Under the pieces are notes generated by a model that was given only the letters and a program-made list of their open reading frames with translations, made no database searches and was not told the DNA's origin. Made by a program: the position numbers and the translations under genes. Positions 25,591 through 35,161 of a stretch of DNA of 40,385 nt are shown in pieces (the first letter of the stretch is position 1; each line of letters starts with the position of its first letter). Source of the DNA: a virus. Lineage: Duplodnaviria; Caudoviricetes. The DNA lies in IMG/VR virus record IMGVR_UViG_3300032227_000978, positions 1 through 40,385 of that record; one strand, given 5' to 3'.

Positions 25591-26434
25591 AATTAAAATA
25601 AGCGAACTTTTTTACAGTATTCAAGGAGAAGGCCCTTATATGGGAGTACCAAGTGTGTTCCTTCGCACATTTGGCTGTAATTTCACTTGCGATGGATTTG
25701 GTATGTCACGTGGTGAAAAAAGTCTAGAAAGAATTCAGGTAGCATTTGCTCATGGAAATACTCCTTATAAAGACTATAAAGAACTGCCACTAGTAAGCAC
25801 AGGTTGCGACAGTTATGCCAGTTGGGATCCAGCATTTAAAGAACTGAGTCCTGTACTTACTACAGATGCTATCGTTAATCGCATTATAGAAATTCTTCCA
25901 CATAACGAATGGCGTGATGAACACCTGGTTATTACAGGTGGAGAACCTCTATTGGGTTGGCAACGTAGTTATCCTGATTTATTAAATCATCTAAAAATGC
26001 ATGGTTTAAAAGAAATTACTTTTGAAACAAATGGTACTCAAAAACTAACTCCAGAATTTAAATTAGTATTGAAAGAATGGAGAAAATGGTATAATCGTGA
26101 AATTACATTTAGTGTCAGTGCTAAACTGCCTTGTAGTGGTGAAGCATGGGATGATGCTATCAAACCCGAAGTGGTATGTGAATACGAACAATATGGAACA
26201 GCCTATCTAAAATTTGTGATAGCCACAGAACAGGACTTTGCTGATGCTGAATGCGCTATTGCCGCTTACCGTAGTGCAGGATTTAAAGGTCATGTTTATC
26301 TGATGCCAGTGGGCGGTGTTGAAAGTGTATATTCAATGAATAATCGTAATGTAGCCATGCTAGCCATGAAACATGGACTAAGATATAGTGATAGGCTTCA
26401 GGTACCTCTGTTCAAAAACCAATGGGGAACCTGA
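25583..26434 (+). CDS. queE: 7-carboxy-7-deazaguanine synthase (radical SAM)
   Basis: ELFYSIQGEG, VFLRTFGCNFTC...GCDS, ITGGEP, FETNG, SAK and LKFV. Confidence 0.9.
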   Translation: MNKIKISELFYSIQGEGPYMGVPSVFLRTFGCNFTCDGFGMSRGEKSLERIQVAFAHGNTPYKDYKELPLVSTGCDSYASWDPAFKELSPVLTTDAIVNRIIEILPHNEWRDEHLVITGGEPLLGWQRSYPDLLNHLKMHGLKEITFETNGTQKLTPEFKLVLKEWRKWYNREITFSVSAKLPCSGEAWDDAIKPEVVCEYEQYGTAYLKFVIATEQDFADAECAIAAYRSAGFKGHVYLMPVGGVESVYSMNNRNVAMLAMKHGLRYSDRLQVPLFKNQWGT

Positions 26435-27783
26435 TGAAGCATTATGAAAAACGAATCGGTTTTTTAATCAGCGATCAACATTTTATTCCACATGGTGGCA
26501 TTGGTAGTTTTGCAAAAGGCTTTACTGAAATGTGTCAGCGTATCAACTGGAAAGTTGATATTATATTAGATAAGGCCCCCACAAATGATTTTAGTGACCT
26601 TATAAAAAGCTTGGGTGCAAATATTATTTCACCAAAAGAATCTCTTAAGTATTCAGACCATACAGCTACATTTGCATTTAGCGATACTATTAATTTTGAA
26701 AAAATTGTAAATTTTAGAAAAAGCATACTACAGGGATTTGAAACTAACATTTATGATATGTTGGTATGTAATACGCAAGAAGCCATGACCGCAGCTTATG
26801 CTATAACTGTCAATCAATATATTCCTGTTGTGTTCTATACACACTTGCATAGTATGATTTTCCGTGAAAGTCAAGGTAGTGATGTATTCTTAGACAGTTA
26901 TCATAACTTCTATAACAAACATATGGAGTTTACCGATATCGTTATTGGTACACAAAGCCAAAAGAATATTGATGAACTAACTAAATATGGTGCAACAAAC
27001 TGTCGTTTGTTACCTATGCCTATGAGTGAACGTGAATTACTAGAAAGATTTAATGGTGATCGTAAAGGTGTTCTATTCATTGGTCGTTGGGAAGAAGGTA
27101 AAAACCCTGAAGCATATATTCGTGTAATGAAAGAATGTAAACTTCCTTGTAAGGTAATGACTAACAGTAATGGTGCTAAGAAGTTTGAAAAAGCATTCTC
27201 CGATGCAGGCATTACTGATTATGTGATTAAGGCAGGCATTACTGGAAAAGAAAAGGTAGATTTTATTCGCAGTAGTAGTGTATTCTTTATGCCTAGTTTG
27301 CGTGAAAATTATCCATTTGCATTCTTAGAATGTCTTGGACACATGCCATGCATAGTGTTAGATACACAAGATTGGAGTGATAACTTTGTGAGTCAATACT
27401 ATCACAAGGTAGATATAAAGAATGCTAGCGAATTGATCAAAACTATTTATGGCAGTGATCAACTAGTTTCGGCATTAGATTATGTTAAAAAATTAGATGA
27501 AGAAGTAGCTAAAGGTTGGATAGAATTTTTAGATGATTTTGTAGGTAAGCGAAGCAATACTAATGCCGCTAAAATCAATACATATGACACTGTTAAATAC
27601 CGTGATTATATTGCTGAATTGAATCGTACACATTTGGCGCGTGAAGATTTTGAAAGTGTGTTATCTAATAAGAAAAAATTTATTAATATTATCTATACAG
27701 ACAATGATACATACTTATCTAAAGACCCATCTTTCAGACCAGTTGAAGAGGTAATTGGTCTAAGTTTATTTGACGGACTATAA
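26434..27783 (+). CDS. GT-B fold glycosyltransferase (GT4-like)
   Basis: HGGIG N-terminal loop, FIGRWEEGKNP, PSLRENYPFAFLE (E-x7-E); TGATG coupling to queE. Confidence 0.85.
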   Translation: MKHYEKRIGFLISDQHFIPHGGIGSFAKGFTEMCQRINWKVDIILDKAPTNDFSDLIKSLGANIISPKESLKYSDHTATFAFSDTINFEKIVNFRKSILQGFETNIYDMLVCNTQEAMTAAYAITVNQYIPVVFYTHLHSMIFRESQGSDVFLDSYHNFYNKHMEFTDIVIGTQSQKNIDELTKYGATNCRLLPMPMSERELLERFNGDRKGVLFIGRWEEGKNPEAYIRVMKECKLPCKVMTNSNGAKKFEKAFSDAGITDYVIKAGITGKEKVDFIRSSSVFFMPSLRENYPFAFLECLGHMPCIVLDTQDWSDNFVSQYYHKVDIKNASELIKTIYGSDQLVSALDYVKKLDEEVAKGWIEFLDDFVGKRSNTNAAKINTYDTVKYRDYIAELNRTHLAREDFESVLSNKKKFINIIYTDNDTYLSKDPSFRPVEEVIGLSLFDGL

Positions 27784-28601
27784 TGAAAAAAGTATTAATA
27801 ACAGGTAATTCAGGATATATTGGTAGTCATCTTACTTCAATGTTAAAAGATGAATACGAAGTACATGGACTTGACAAAGTTGAACCACAACTAGCACCAC
27901 ATACATTTTATCACTGTGATATTACCCGTCATTTTCAATTAGAAGAAGAATTTGATGTAGTAGTACATTTAGCTGCACTGGTTAATGTAGGCGAAAGTGA
28001 AAAGCAACCTATTCAGTATTATATTACTAATCTAAATGGTACTATGAATGTTATTAATAAGATAAAAACTAAAAACTTTATTTTTGCTAGTACCGGTGCT
28101 GCTGAATCATGTGAAAGTGCATACGGTGTTAGTAAACGTGCGGCAGAGGATGTAGTTAGGTCTTATTCTGAAATGACAAGTATGGATTATACTATCTTTA
28201 GATTTTACAATGTAATTGGTAGTACAGTAGTTAAGCCTACTAATCCAGATGGATTATTTTACAATTTAATTAAAGCCCGTGAAGCAGGCAAATTTACTAT
28301 ATACGGTGGTGATTATAATACGGGTGATGGTACTTGTATTCGTGATTATGTACATGTAAATGAGATTTGCAATTCTATTAAAACAGCGATTGAAAAACCC
28401 TCTGGTCAATTAGAGTGTTTAGGGCATGGTAAAGGTTATACAGTTAAAGAAATGGTAACTATATTTGAAAGTATTAATAACTGTAAAATTGATGTAACGA
28501 TTGGGCCACGTAGAAAAGGTGATATAGAAGTTTCTGTGTTAAAGAATGTATCACCCTATATGGAAAGTTTATTTACTATTGGGCAATTACTAAAGATTTA
28601 A
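27783..28601 (+). CDS. galE: NAD-dependent UDP-sugar 4-epimerase
   Basis: TGNSGYIG, HLAA..VGES, YGVSK (YxxxK), FRFYNV, DGTCIRDYVHV and RRKGD. Confidence 0.85.
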   Translation: MKKVLITGNSGYIGSHLTSMLKDEYEVHGLDKVEPQLAPHTFYHCDITRHFQLEEEFDVVVHLAALVNVGESEKQPIQYYITNLNGTMNVINKIKTKNFIFASTGAAESCESAYGVSKRAAEDVVRSYSEMTSMDYTIFRFYNVIGSTVVKPTNPDGLFYNLIKAREAGKFTIYGGDYNTGDGTCIRDYVHVNEICNSIKTAIEKPSGQLECLGHGKGYTVKEMVTIFESINNCKIDVTIGPRRKGDIEVSVLKNVSPYMESLFTIGQLLKI

Positions 28602-29416
28602 TCTTTAGATTGTTCTTGAATTTTTCTAGCAACGATACCTTTATTCTTTATTAACTTTTCATTATCCCAACGTACTGGGTTAATCATTGGATACAGATAT
28701 TTTGTATCGTTGGCTCCGATATCAAACAGACTGCCTTGCGGAACTAGATGGTGTTTTCTGAGTTTATCAAACTTTTCAGCATCTACTACTATTGGTTCAC
28801 CAATCGTTACTTGACCAATAGCAACTGCAGGGCCATTACCAGTTCTAACGATACCAACTGTTCTACCAACATATGGTCTAAGACTGTCAGTTTTTCTAGA
28901 TTCGTATTTCTTTTTGCCGTCAACGATTAGACTGGCATAATCAGTATTGCCATCACTTCTGACATTGATACCAATAGTTGGTTTATTGTCTGTATTTTCT
29001 GTTATATTTTTTTCTGATGGCTTGACAATCTCTGCACTTGATAAATCTAATGGTCCTGCTATCCAATACTCATCAATATCATCAGATTCATACTTCCACG
29101 CATTAGGATCATAGTTAGTACTAGTCATACCCTTTGTTCGCATAAAAGTTTTATGTCCTGGTATTGGATATATTTTATTAGATATTTTATTAGCATTAAT
29201 TCTAATTAATGTATCTCCTGTCCATCTACCAATATGTTCTTTATCAGTAAAACTATTACCGGGTATCATTTTCCCTTCTGATTCTATATAGTGAGCATAA
29301 CCTCTTTTCACTGGTAATTTTTTAGAATCAATATACTTTTGAAATTGATTTCCGTCTACCCACTTATATAGATAGATGGGTACTTGAACCGACTCTAATA
29401 ACTCTTTAATACGCAT
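28598..29416 (-). CDS. Two-module protein with C-terminal ASCH/PUA-like domain
   Basis: N-terminus MRIKELLES, linker ITE, then YASLIVDGKKKYESR (GxKxxExR ASCH motif). Confidence 0.7.
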   Translation of the reverse strand: MRIKELLESVQVPIYLYKWVDGNQFQKYIDSKKLPVKRGYAHYIESEGKMIPGNSFTDKEHIGRWTGDTLIRINANKISNKIYPIPGHKTFMRTKGMTSTNYDPNAWKYESDDIDEYWIAGPLDLSSAEIVKPSEKNITENTDNKPTIGINVRSDGNTDYASLIVDGKKKYESRKTDSLRPYVGRTVGIVRTGNGPAVAIGQVTIGEPIVVDAEKFDKLRKHHLVPQGSLFDIGANDTKYLYPMINPVRWDNEKLIKNKGIVARKIQEQSKD

Positions 29417-31200
29417 TAATGCTTTAATAATAGAGTGCCTAATACACCTGGATCATTTGCCGTTAAATCAGGCTCCCCGGGGGCAACAATAACATTCCAT
29501 TTCATGGATTTATTATTTTTACCCTTAGTATTCCATTCATCATAACTTAGAATACTATTTTTGCTTATACCATACTTATCGGCTAGACGTTGTTTTAGTT
29601 CAGGTAATTCATCAGGTATTACTTGCCATTGACCTTCGGGTCCTTTAACTAAATTCTTTTTAGAATCCTTAACCAATAGGTCATAAAACAAACTACTAGG
29701 AACGATACGGCTATTCTTAGTTGTATCTAAGTTTGGATCATTTCTCTTAATTTGTTTTTCTTGGCTAGTACTTGCACCTTCACTCCAGTTGATAATAAAG
29801 TTAGCTGGTTTACCAGCCATTGCAGCAGCCGCTACTTTAGTATAAGCATAAAACTTAACATTAGGTAATGATTGAGCTAATTTAAATGCCATGTCCATAT
29901 ACTCAGGGCTAAAGAAGTCACCAGCATCATGCCAACGAATACTTACTGAGTAACCACCTTTTTGGCCTTTTGCTGCTTCTTTAGTAATTTCTGATTTTAA
30001 TTGTTCAAAGAATTCATTAGGATGATTTAAGAGATATGTAAGTATGCGACCATCACTTAACCATGGACCAGCAAATTGAACCTTACCGCCCTTCATAGCA
30101 AAGCAATCTACTTTACAACTACCAGCACCTGGACATGTATTAACAACAATTAATTCATTTGTGTTTTCATCTAGTGCGATGCCAACTAGTGCGGCGAAGC
30201 CAATATTAAAGAATTGTTCTTGTGCTCCGTCACTATGCTTCATCTTCTCATTCTTTTTGAGAAGTTTTTCAGGCTTTTGTGCTAGACCTTTTTTGATAGC
30301 ATCGGTGTCATATTTTTTGCCTTCAGCATTATAGTATCCAACTACTGAACTACGATGTACATAAGGTAAGTTATATTTGTCTGTTTTTTTCTTGTCTTGA
30401 TTACGAATACGGTCTAGATAATCTGTTAGTTCTTGACCTTTTAATTCACGGGTGCTAGCAGGTAGTGCTGTTGCTTCCGCCACACCTTGCTGACCAAAAG
30501 AATCAAAATGTTCTTGAGCTTGTTTTTTAGATTTATATCTATAAATCTCACCTGTAGGAGTTGTAACTTTCCATTCAACATGGTCAGTTGTTCTACCTGC
30601 AGGGTTTGTAGTTCTTTCAATCTTTGGGGTAGTAGTTACTACTGGTCTAATATACTTTTTGAATTTGTCTAATTCACCTTCTGCTATATGTTCGTCACCA
30701 ACTTCAGTTGCCTTGCCACCGGCTAAGTATACCAATTCTTGTATATCTCCCCAATCCTTTCGAGGAGCGACCATAGCATCACCGTGCCAGTCAATCACAT
30801 CACCAAATTTTTTCATAACTTGGTTGTAAGCGTTTTCACTATCAACTTCAAAATCTACAGTATCACCTGAGCTTTCCGCTACACCTTTCTTGCCGTACAT
30901 ATCAAGCATTTGTCCAATATAGAAAGCATAAAATTGTGGACGTTCATTATATTCCATTTCACCAAGGACTGTTTTTAATGCTGCTATAGCATCAGCCGGT
31001 GTCCCCCCATGCATTATTTGTAATGCTCTAGTAACAAGTCGGTCAACTCTTTGTGAACTTTCCGCTACCTCTTGTTCGGGTTCAGGTTCTTCACCTTGAG
31101 CAGATTTAGCAATAAACTGCTGAGGGGTCATTATTTGAATGCCTTCGGCAGCACCGGGTAATTTTGGAACAGTCCCTTCGTATAACTCTTTGAGGTTCAT
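29416..31200 (-). CDS. Modular polyprotein with C-terminal GP88-like (Cys-cluster) domain
   Basis: N-terminus MNLKELYEG; linkers EVAES, GVAES, IAEG and GVAEA; C-terminal TCPGAGSCKVDCFA, RWHDAGDFFS and FYAYTK. Confidence 0.7.
   Translation of the reverse strand: MNLKELYEGTVPKLPGAAEGIQIMTPQQFIAKSAQGEEPEPEQEVAESSQRVDRLVTRALQIMHGGTPADAIAALKTVLGEMEYNERPQFYAFYIGQMLDMYGKKGVAESSGDTVDFEVDSENAYNQVMKKFGDVIDWHGDAMVAPRKDWGDIQELVYLAGGKATEVGDEHIAEGELDKFKKYIRPVVTTTPKIERTTNPAGRTTDHVEWKVTTPTGEIYRYKSKKQAQEHFDSFGQQGVAEATALPASTRELKGQELTDYLDRIRNQDKKKTDKYNLPYVHRSSVVGYYNAEGKKYDTDAIKKGLAQKPEKLLKKNEKMKHSDGAQEQFFNIGFAALVGIALDENTNELIVVNTCPGAGSCKVDCFAMKGGKVQFAGPWLSDGRILTYLLNHPNEFFEQLKSEITKEAAKGQKGGYSVSIRWHDAGDFFSPEYMDMAFKLAQSLPNVKFYAYTKVAAAAMAGKPANFIINWSEGASTSQEKQIKRNDPNLDTTKNSRIVPSSLFYDLLVKDSKKNLVKGPEGQWQVIPDELPELKQRLADKYGISKNSILSYDEWNTKGKNNKSMKWNVIVAPGEPDLTANDPGVLGTLLLKH
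30472..31074 (-). repeat. Dispersed junction repeat, 3 copies (30472-30495, 30871-30891, 31057-31074)
   Basis: Minus-strand GGTCAGCAAGGTGTGGCGGAAGCA, AAGAAAGGTGTAGCGGAAAGC and CAAGAGGTAGCGGAAAGT; same motif as at 8992-9906. Confidence 0.8.
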
Positions 31201-31206
31201 GATTCT

Positions 31207-31887
31207 TTATTTCCTATTTCTCTGTATAAATTGTTCAGCCAACATAACCAATTCTTGTAGTTCTTCAATGCTTTCACAATTCCATCTACGCAAGCTTTTA
31301 TTTATATTGCTATTTGGGTCACGGGCTGTTTTGGCACTTGTGTTGTGTTTCTTCATACCCTTCATTCTTGCACAGAAACTCTTTCTGCGCTTGGCATCTT
31401 TACTACCTTTTTTGAGTTTGCTTGGTTTGGTAGTTACCGCTGTTTGAATCTTGCTGCCAGGATGTTCTCTACGGTATACACTAACACTTTTCTTACTCAT
31501 TCCACCAACACGTTTGTGATTGTGTTTGGCCCAAGTTTCACCTTCTACCATATTTTTTTGACCATCAGCTACCCATTTCTGTATAGCCGCTCTAATATTG
31601 GTTCGCGCTTTGTCCCAAGGTGGTGTTCCTTGGCCTTGAGTTGGCATAAGTTTAGGATCTACTGCTGATACGTTGATTGTGCCTGGCTGACCATCAGCGT
31701 TTCCATTCTGTTTATAATCTACCTTAATTAGTTGACCATTGGTCAATTTATAGTATTCTGTCATTGGATCAAATAATTCATTCAAATTTTCTGATTTTGG
31801 CTTTTTACCAGCTTTCTTCATAGCAATGGCTATGGCAGCTTGTTGTGCTGGATTACTGGCTTCGGATATGATTTCAGTTATTCTCAT
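31207..31887 (-). CDS. Modular basic hypothetical protein
   Basis: Start placed at ATG 31887 (MRITEIISEA); linkers LNE and MVEG; basic RRKSFCARM...SLRRWNC module. Confidence 0.6.
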   Translation of the reverse strand: MRITEIISEASNPAQQAAIAIAMKKAGKKPKSENLNELFDPMTEYYKLTNGQLIKVDYKQNGNADGQPGTINVSAVDPKLMPTQGQGTPPWDKARTNIRAAIQKWVADGQKNMVEGETWAKHNHKRVGGMSKKSVSVYRREHPGSKIQTAVTTKPSKLKKGSKDAKRRKSFCARMKGMKKHNTSAKTARDPNSNINKSLRRWNCESIEELQELVMLAEQFIQRNRK

Positions 31888-31904
31888 GATGTTTCCGTAT
31901 ATAG

Positions 31905-31933
31905 TTGACTTTATTGTGTAAATGTGATACACT
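31905..31933 (+). promoter_or_regulatory. Sigma70-type promoter for uvsE
   Basis: TTGACT-17 nt-TACACT with extended -10 TG. Confidence 0.55.
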
Positions 31934-31940
31934 AATTATG

Positions 31941-31948
31941 TATTTATC
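31941..31948 (-). promoter_or_regulatory. T4-like late promoter candidate (GATAAATA)
   Basis: Minus strand, upstream of the three-gene reverse operon. Confidence 0.6.
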
Positions 31949-31964
31949 ACTTTGGACTTTTAAA

Positions 31965-32996
31965 TTGACAAATCAATCTATCAAACGTATCGGCTTTGCT
32001 TGCAAATTTTCAGAAATCAACAAGAAAGGGGAAATCTCTAGCGTTGAAGGACTTAACACAGGTGGCACTACACTTACCTTTCTCAAAAAAGTAAAGCGTG
32101 AAGTAGCCGAACAAAAGATGTGGGATGTAATGGAAAAGAACATTACTAATACACACAATCTTGTTAAGCGTATTGCCACACTAGAGCCTGCTCTAAAAAT
32201 GGTCAGGCTAACTAGTGATATGATGACTGGGTATACACATAGTGATTGGGAATACTTTTACAAACAAAGTGACGTTCGTAGGCGTATGGAAGAACTTTTT
32301 GCGCCAATTGGTGAAACAGCAAGAGCAAATGATGTAAGGCTTTCTTTTCATCCAGGTCAATTTACAGTTCTTGCAAGTGCTAGTGAAGAAATCATAAATA
32401 ACTCTATAAAGGAATTTGAATATCATGTTGACATGGCTAGGTGTATGGGATACGGCAAGGAATTCCAAGACATTAAAATCAACGTACACATCTCGGGTAA
32501 ACGCGGTCCCCAAGGTATCAAAGACGTGGTTGGACGTTTATCCCCCGAAGCAAGAAATTCAATCACCATTGAAAACGACGAAATCTCATGGGGTATCGAG
32601 GCTAGCCTAGAGTTGGTAGATACTTGTGCTTTGGTCCTCGACCTACATCATCATTGGGTAAAAACAGGCGAGTATATTAACGCAAATGATCCGCGTATTC
32701 AAAAAATTATTGATTCTTGGCGTGGTGTTAGGCCTACTCTTCATTACTCTGTCAGCCGTGAAGACTATCTTATTAATCATGCCCGAGACACCCTACCCAA
32801 TTATAATGCACTAATTGAATCTGGTAGTAATAAACAAAAACTTAGGGCTCATTCCGAATATTATTGGAATGATGCGGTTAATGATTGGGCATTGACTTTC
32901 TATGATAAATTTGATATTATGTGCGAGAGCAAGGCGAAAAATCTAGCTAGTTTTAAACTACTAGATAGACACAAACAAAAGGTAAGTTATGTTTGA
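31965..32996 (+). CDS. uvsE: UV damage endonuclease (UvsE/UVDE)
   Basis: RIGFAC, RLTSD, RLSFHPGQF.VL, INVH, IENDE, VLDLHHH, HSEY and MCESKAK. Start is uncertain (TTG 31965 or ATG 31938). Confidence 0.92.
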   Translation: MTNQSIKRIGFACKFSEINKKGEISSVEGLNTGGTTLTFLKKVKREVAEQKMWDVMEKNITNTHNLVKRIATLEPALKMVRLTSDMMTGYTHSDWEYFYKQSDVRRRMEELFAPIGETARANDVRLSFHPGQFTVLASASEEIINNSIKEFEYHVDMARCMGYGKEFQDIKINVHISGKRGPQGIKDVVGRLSPEARNSITIENDEISWGIEASLELVDTCALVLDLHHHWVKTGEYINANDPRIQKIIDSWRGVRPTLHYSVSREDYLINHARDTLPNYNALIESGSNKQKLRAHSEYYWNDAVNDWALTFYDKFDIMCESKAKNLASFKLLDRHKQKVSYV

Positions 32997-33420
32997 TAAA
33001 TTAAAGAAACTGTTTCAGAAGCGACCCGAACCAACTGTTCAAGAACCTGTTAAGAAAGAACCTAAGCCTCGTGCACCTAAAGAAGAGGTTAAACTTAGTC
33101 CCAAAGAGTTAGCAACTAAAAATGGTGAGCCATATATTCATGTTGTTAGTATGGATCTTGATCCAAACAATGTGAACAACGGGGCGTTTGAATTAGATTG
33201 GAATGACAAGTTCATTTTGAACCTTATCCGAGCCGGGTATAAGAAAAAGGATGAGGATACCGAAGATGTTATTGTGGATCGGTGGTTTCAAACAGTGTGT
33301 AGGAACATTGCTTTAGAAGTCTACGAACAGCAACAGGCTGATCCCGACATGAGGGGTATGTCAGACATGCGTAACATTAGAACCAAAGATTTGGGCAACG
33401 GCCGTACAGAGGTCAGCTAA
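32989..33420 (+). CDS. Hypothetical protein
   Basis: Overlaps the uvsE stop; well-formed 143 aa ORF. Confidence 0.7.
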   Translation: MFDKLKKLFQKRPEPTVQEPVKKEPKPRAPKEEVKLSPKELATKNGEPYIHVVSMDLDPNNVNNGAFELDWNDKFILNLIRAGYKKKDEDTEDVIVDRWFQTVCRNIALEVYEQQQADPDMRGMSDMRNIRTKDLGNGRTEVS

Positions 33421-33425
33421 GAAGG

Positions 33426-33454
33426 TTGACAGCAATTCAAATTTAGTCTATTAT
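33426..33454 (+). promoter_or_regulatory. Sigma70-type promoter
   Basis: TTGACA-17 nt-TATTAT, intergenic. Confidence 0.65.
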
Positions 33455-33486
33455 AGAATCTTATCAACAACTCTACGAGAGTACGC

Positions 33487-34665
33487 ATGAAACTTCCAAT
33501 TCCAAAAGGTCAAAAAATTGACATTACTAAAATCTATAATCCTGTAGATCCTAAAAATCTTGTCAATCGCAAGCCAAAAAAGATTGAGGATCTTGTTGAA
33601 TTGTCTGAACAAAATCCCAAAATCATGGATGCAATTAACCAATTTATTGCACAGAAAGTGCAATTTAGTATCCACGATTTTGGTATTTCGGGATATACTG
33701 AACTCGGTGATATATTGTTTGACGAAATTGCTCAACGTGATTTAGTTTTATCGCACATAGCAAACACCTTACCTGTTTTTAATCCTTCATTATCAAGCCC
33801 TGTTTTTTTAGCAGATGTAAACGGCGAACTGTACGATTACGACACAATGCATGGAATTGACATGTTTGCATTGTTATGTAAACATGGCCTTATTAAGGAA
33901 GTTGATCCTAAAAATTATCTTAAAGCAAAATATCCATCATACACTATCCCTAATGCAAGTGCAGGATTGCCAGCATATAGTGCTATGACACGAAATGGGT
34001 TAGGTCAGAAAAAGTGGACTAGCATTGACCATTTAAAAACTAAAGTAGGTTTAGGACGACAATATCCAGATGCATACGGGGCAATGTTTGCAAAAGAAGT
34101 GATGTTACAAGACCTTTGCGAAAAATATGAGGCTCTTCCTGTCAGCCCGCAAAGTATTCATCACGGTAAGGCCGGGACTATCAGTCGGGTCGATGCATTA
34201 CAAAAATATGAATACTACCAAGTAGAATTTAGTTTAGAACGGCATAAAGCACACTGGCACGGCACACACTTGGATGATGCCGCATATGGTTTTTATGGAA
34301 ATATGATTGCATATAGCAAAAGTGTTGGTTGGACTAAAAAAGAGTTAGTGAAACTTTCAGACCATGTAAACGCTATTGTATTTGACTTTTTTACGGATCT
34401 CGCAGGTGCTCGTATTGAGGTTACAAATACACATGAGCGTTGGTTCAGGGCGTGTAATCCTTTGGCAAAGAAAGTTCCTAGTCCAACTGATGATTGTTTT
34501 TTGTCTATCATGCAAAAAATTTATTTGAAATTAAACGGGACTTGTCAAGTAACCAGTCATGCCTATAATTTTGTTCATAATAATAAAGATATCTATGATT
34601 ACTTGCCTGACCATATTAAAAACAAGGTAGACGGATATGTCCAAAGCAATAGCATTGACTGGTGA
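33487..34665 (+). CDS. Hypothetical protein with possible degenerate ParB/Srx-like N-terminal domain
   Basis: QRDL...HI...F...PV...YDTMH resembles the QR...DGQH pattern. Confidence 0.45.
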   Translation: MKLPIPKGQKIDITKIYNPVDPKNLVNRKPKKIEDLVELSEQNPKIMDAINQFIAQKVQFSIHDFGISGYTELGDILFDEIAQRDLVLSHIANTLPVFNPSLSSPVFLADVNGELYDYDTMHGIDMFALLCKHGLIKEVDPKNYLKAKYPSYTIPNASAGLPAYSAMTRNGLGQKKWTSIDHLKTKVGLGRQYPDAYGAMFAKEVMLQDLCEKYEALPVSPQSIHHGKAGTISRVDALQKYEYYQVEFSLERHKAHWHGTHLDDAAYGFYGNMIAYSKSVGWTKKELVKLSDHVNAIVFDFFTDLAGARIEVTNTHERWFRACNPLAKKVPSPTDDCFLSIMQKIYLKLNGTCQVTSHAYNFVHNNKDIYDYLPDHIKNKVDGYVQSNSIDW

Positions 34666-35077
34666 TTGTTCTTGGTTTTATCTGCTAGAACTATCACACA
34701 ATAATATTAAAGGGTTTGGCATTACAACCAATGAAGAGAGGCGATTAAAAAAGGGATATTGTTATCCCTCGGCATCAATTCAAACGTTTTGTAATTTATA
34801 TTATGGGAAACGGTCACAAATAGAAGCGTTAGAACGTTGGTTTAAAAATCAACATCGTAGTCAATTATTGGTTTTAATTGACAGAAAACTTGAATGGATC
34901 GACACAAATAGTGAATTAAATGATTTGCAAAAATTGGTCAGCACAATTGAAGATAGAATTGTAGTCTGCAATTATACTGAAATTTATCGGGTTAAATCAA
35001 ATCATTTGCCCTATCGTCCCAGTAAATATTTTTCAAACATTAAAAACGATCCTGATAAGTTTTTGGAAACCATTTAA
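34637..35077 (+). CDS. T5orf172/GIY-YIG-like nuclease domain protein
   Basis: FYLL...KGFGITTN..RRL, ALE and LEW pattern. Confidence 0.55.
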   Translation: MSKAIALTGDCSWFYLLELSHNNIKGFGITTNEERRLKKGYCYPSASIQTFCNLYYGKRSQIEALERWFKNQHRSQLLVLIDRKLEWIDTNSELNDLQKLVSTIEDRIVVCNYTEIYRVKSNHLPYRPSKYFSNIKNDPDKFLETI

Positions 35078-35078
35078 C

Positions 35079-35108
35079 TTGACTCTATTTTAAATAGTAG
35101 AATATAAT
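35079..35108 (+). promoter_or_regulatory. Sigma70-type promoter
   Basis: TTGACT-18 nt-TATAAT; ATG 6 nt downstream. Confidence 0.6.
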
Positions 35109-35114
35109 ACATGT

Positions 35115-35150
35115 ATGAAATACGCTCTCATTGATACCGCAAATACCTAG
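35115..35150 (+). pseudogene. Truncated duplicate of the RNase H gene start (MKYALIDTANT-stop)
   Basis: 30/33 nt identical to 35953-35985; all three differences are synonymous; TAG follows. Confidence 0.85.
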
Positions 35151-35161
35151 AGGGATTATTA

